This document shows positions 63,061 to 64,000 of a stretch of 64,000 nucleotides of DNA, in pieces. Made by a program: the position numbers and the translations under genes. How positions within the stretch are numbered: position 1 is the stretch's first letter; every line of letters begins with the position of its first letter. This DNA is from Octopus sinensis (lineage: Eukaryota), in NCBI RefSeq assembly GCF_006345805.1, contig NC_043025.1, positions 12,896,001 through 12,960,000 of the forward strand, read 5' to 3'. Under the pieces are notes generated by a model, which worked only from the letters and a program-made list of their open reading frames with translations, did not search any database and had not been told where the DNA came from.

Positions 63061-64000
63061 ATCGCCCAGTGTTTAAAGGATGCTTTTTACGTGCCAGTTA
63101 CGCGACCCCGGCATTGGCCCCCCAAAATCCTGTGGCTGTGTAAAAGACCATTCTTCAAGGAACTGGATTGAGAGAAAGAGTTGTGGTTGGAGGGAAAGCT
63201 GGATGGGACAGACAGACTCCTAAGAAAAGGTCATGCTACAGCACACAACCACAACAGATGCAGATCGATGTCCAGAAGTGGTTCTCAATCATTATTTTAC
63301 CCTTAGACCCCATTGTTCCCTATTTTACTCCGATGGATCAGTTATTTATGATTTTATGCAACACTTGCCCAAGGTGCCACGCAGTGGGACTGAACATGGA
63401 ACCATGTGGTTGGGCAGCAAGCTTCTTATTTCTTTACTACCCACAAGGGGCTAAACATAGAGGGGACAAACAAGTACAGACAAAGGGTTTAAGTCGATTA
63501 CATCAACCCCCAGTGCATAACTGGTACTTAATTTATCGAACCTGGCAGAATTTGAACTCAGAACATAACGGCAGACGAAATACCTATTTCTTTACTACCC
63601 ACAAGGGGCTAAACACAGAGGGGACGAACAAGGACAGACACACGGATTAAGCCGATATCGACCCCCAGTGCATAACTGGTCCTTTTTTAATCGACCCCGA
63701 TAGGATGAAAGGCAAAGTCGACCTCAGCGGAATTTGAACTCAGAACGTAGTGGCAGACGAAGTACCTATTTCTTTACTACCCACAAGGGGCTAAACGCAG
63801 AGGGGACGAACAAGAACAGACACATGGATTAAGCCGATTATATCGACCCCGAAAGGATGAAAGGCAAAGTTGACCATGGCAGAATTTGAACTCAGAAAGT
63901 AGCGGCAGACGAAATGCTGCTGAGCACTTCGCCCAGCTCGCTTCTTACCACACAGCCGTGTGTGTGTGTGTATTCTTACACACTTGTTTGTAGCAGGAAT

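Noticed and set aside
56525-64000. UBE2G1 exon 2 (expected to resemble LNKNPVEGFSAGL)
   Set aside because: Not found in the remaining window; presumed to lie beyond 64000.

Overview
AT-rich, repeat-dense animal genomic DNA, most likely an octopus (inferred from the CORE- and V-domain-like tRNA-derived SINEs and dense (TA)n/(CA)n/(GAT)n microsatellites). Three housekeeping genes are visible. A complete 7-coding-exon eIF4H gene lies on + (ATG 1905 to TGA 33897; 885 nt CDS, 294 aa, all GT-AG introns phase-consistent, 17.3 kb first intron). Head-to-head with it is the first coding exon of a MYBBP1A/Pol5-like gene (361-567, -). The first coding exon of a UBE2G1-like E2 lies at 56479-56524 (+). The rest is SINEs of four families, RTE and CR1-group LINE fragments, piggyBac-, hAT-, mariner- and Helitron-like non-autonomous elements, and many tandem arrays derived from TE segments. 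Best leads: a minimal type I hammerhead ribozyme fold at 39158-39231; possible ancient MYBBP1A-EIF4H-UBE2G1 microsynteny; a SINE whose insertions nearly always abut GGT and chain onto themselves; a SINE sharing its 3' tail with a LINE in the same window; a piggyBac-like MITE dimer found twice as a unit; and a long SINE hairpin just before the last coding exon of eIF4H. All protein identifications are from remembered motifs; no searches were run.
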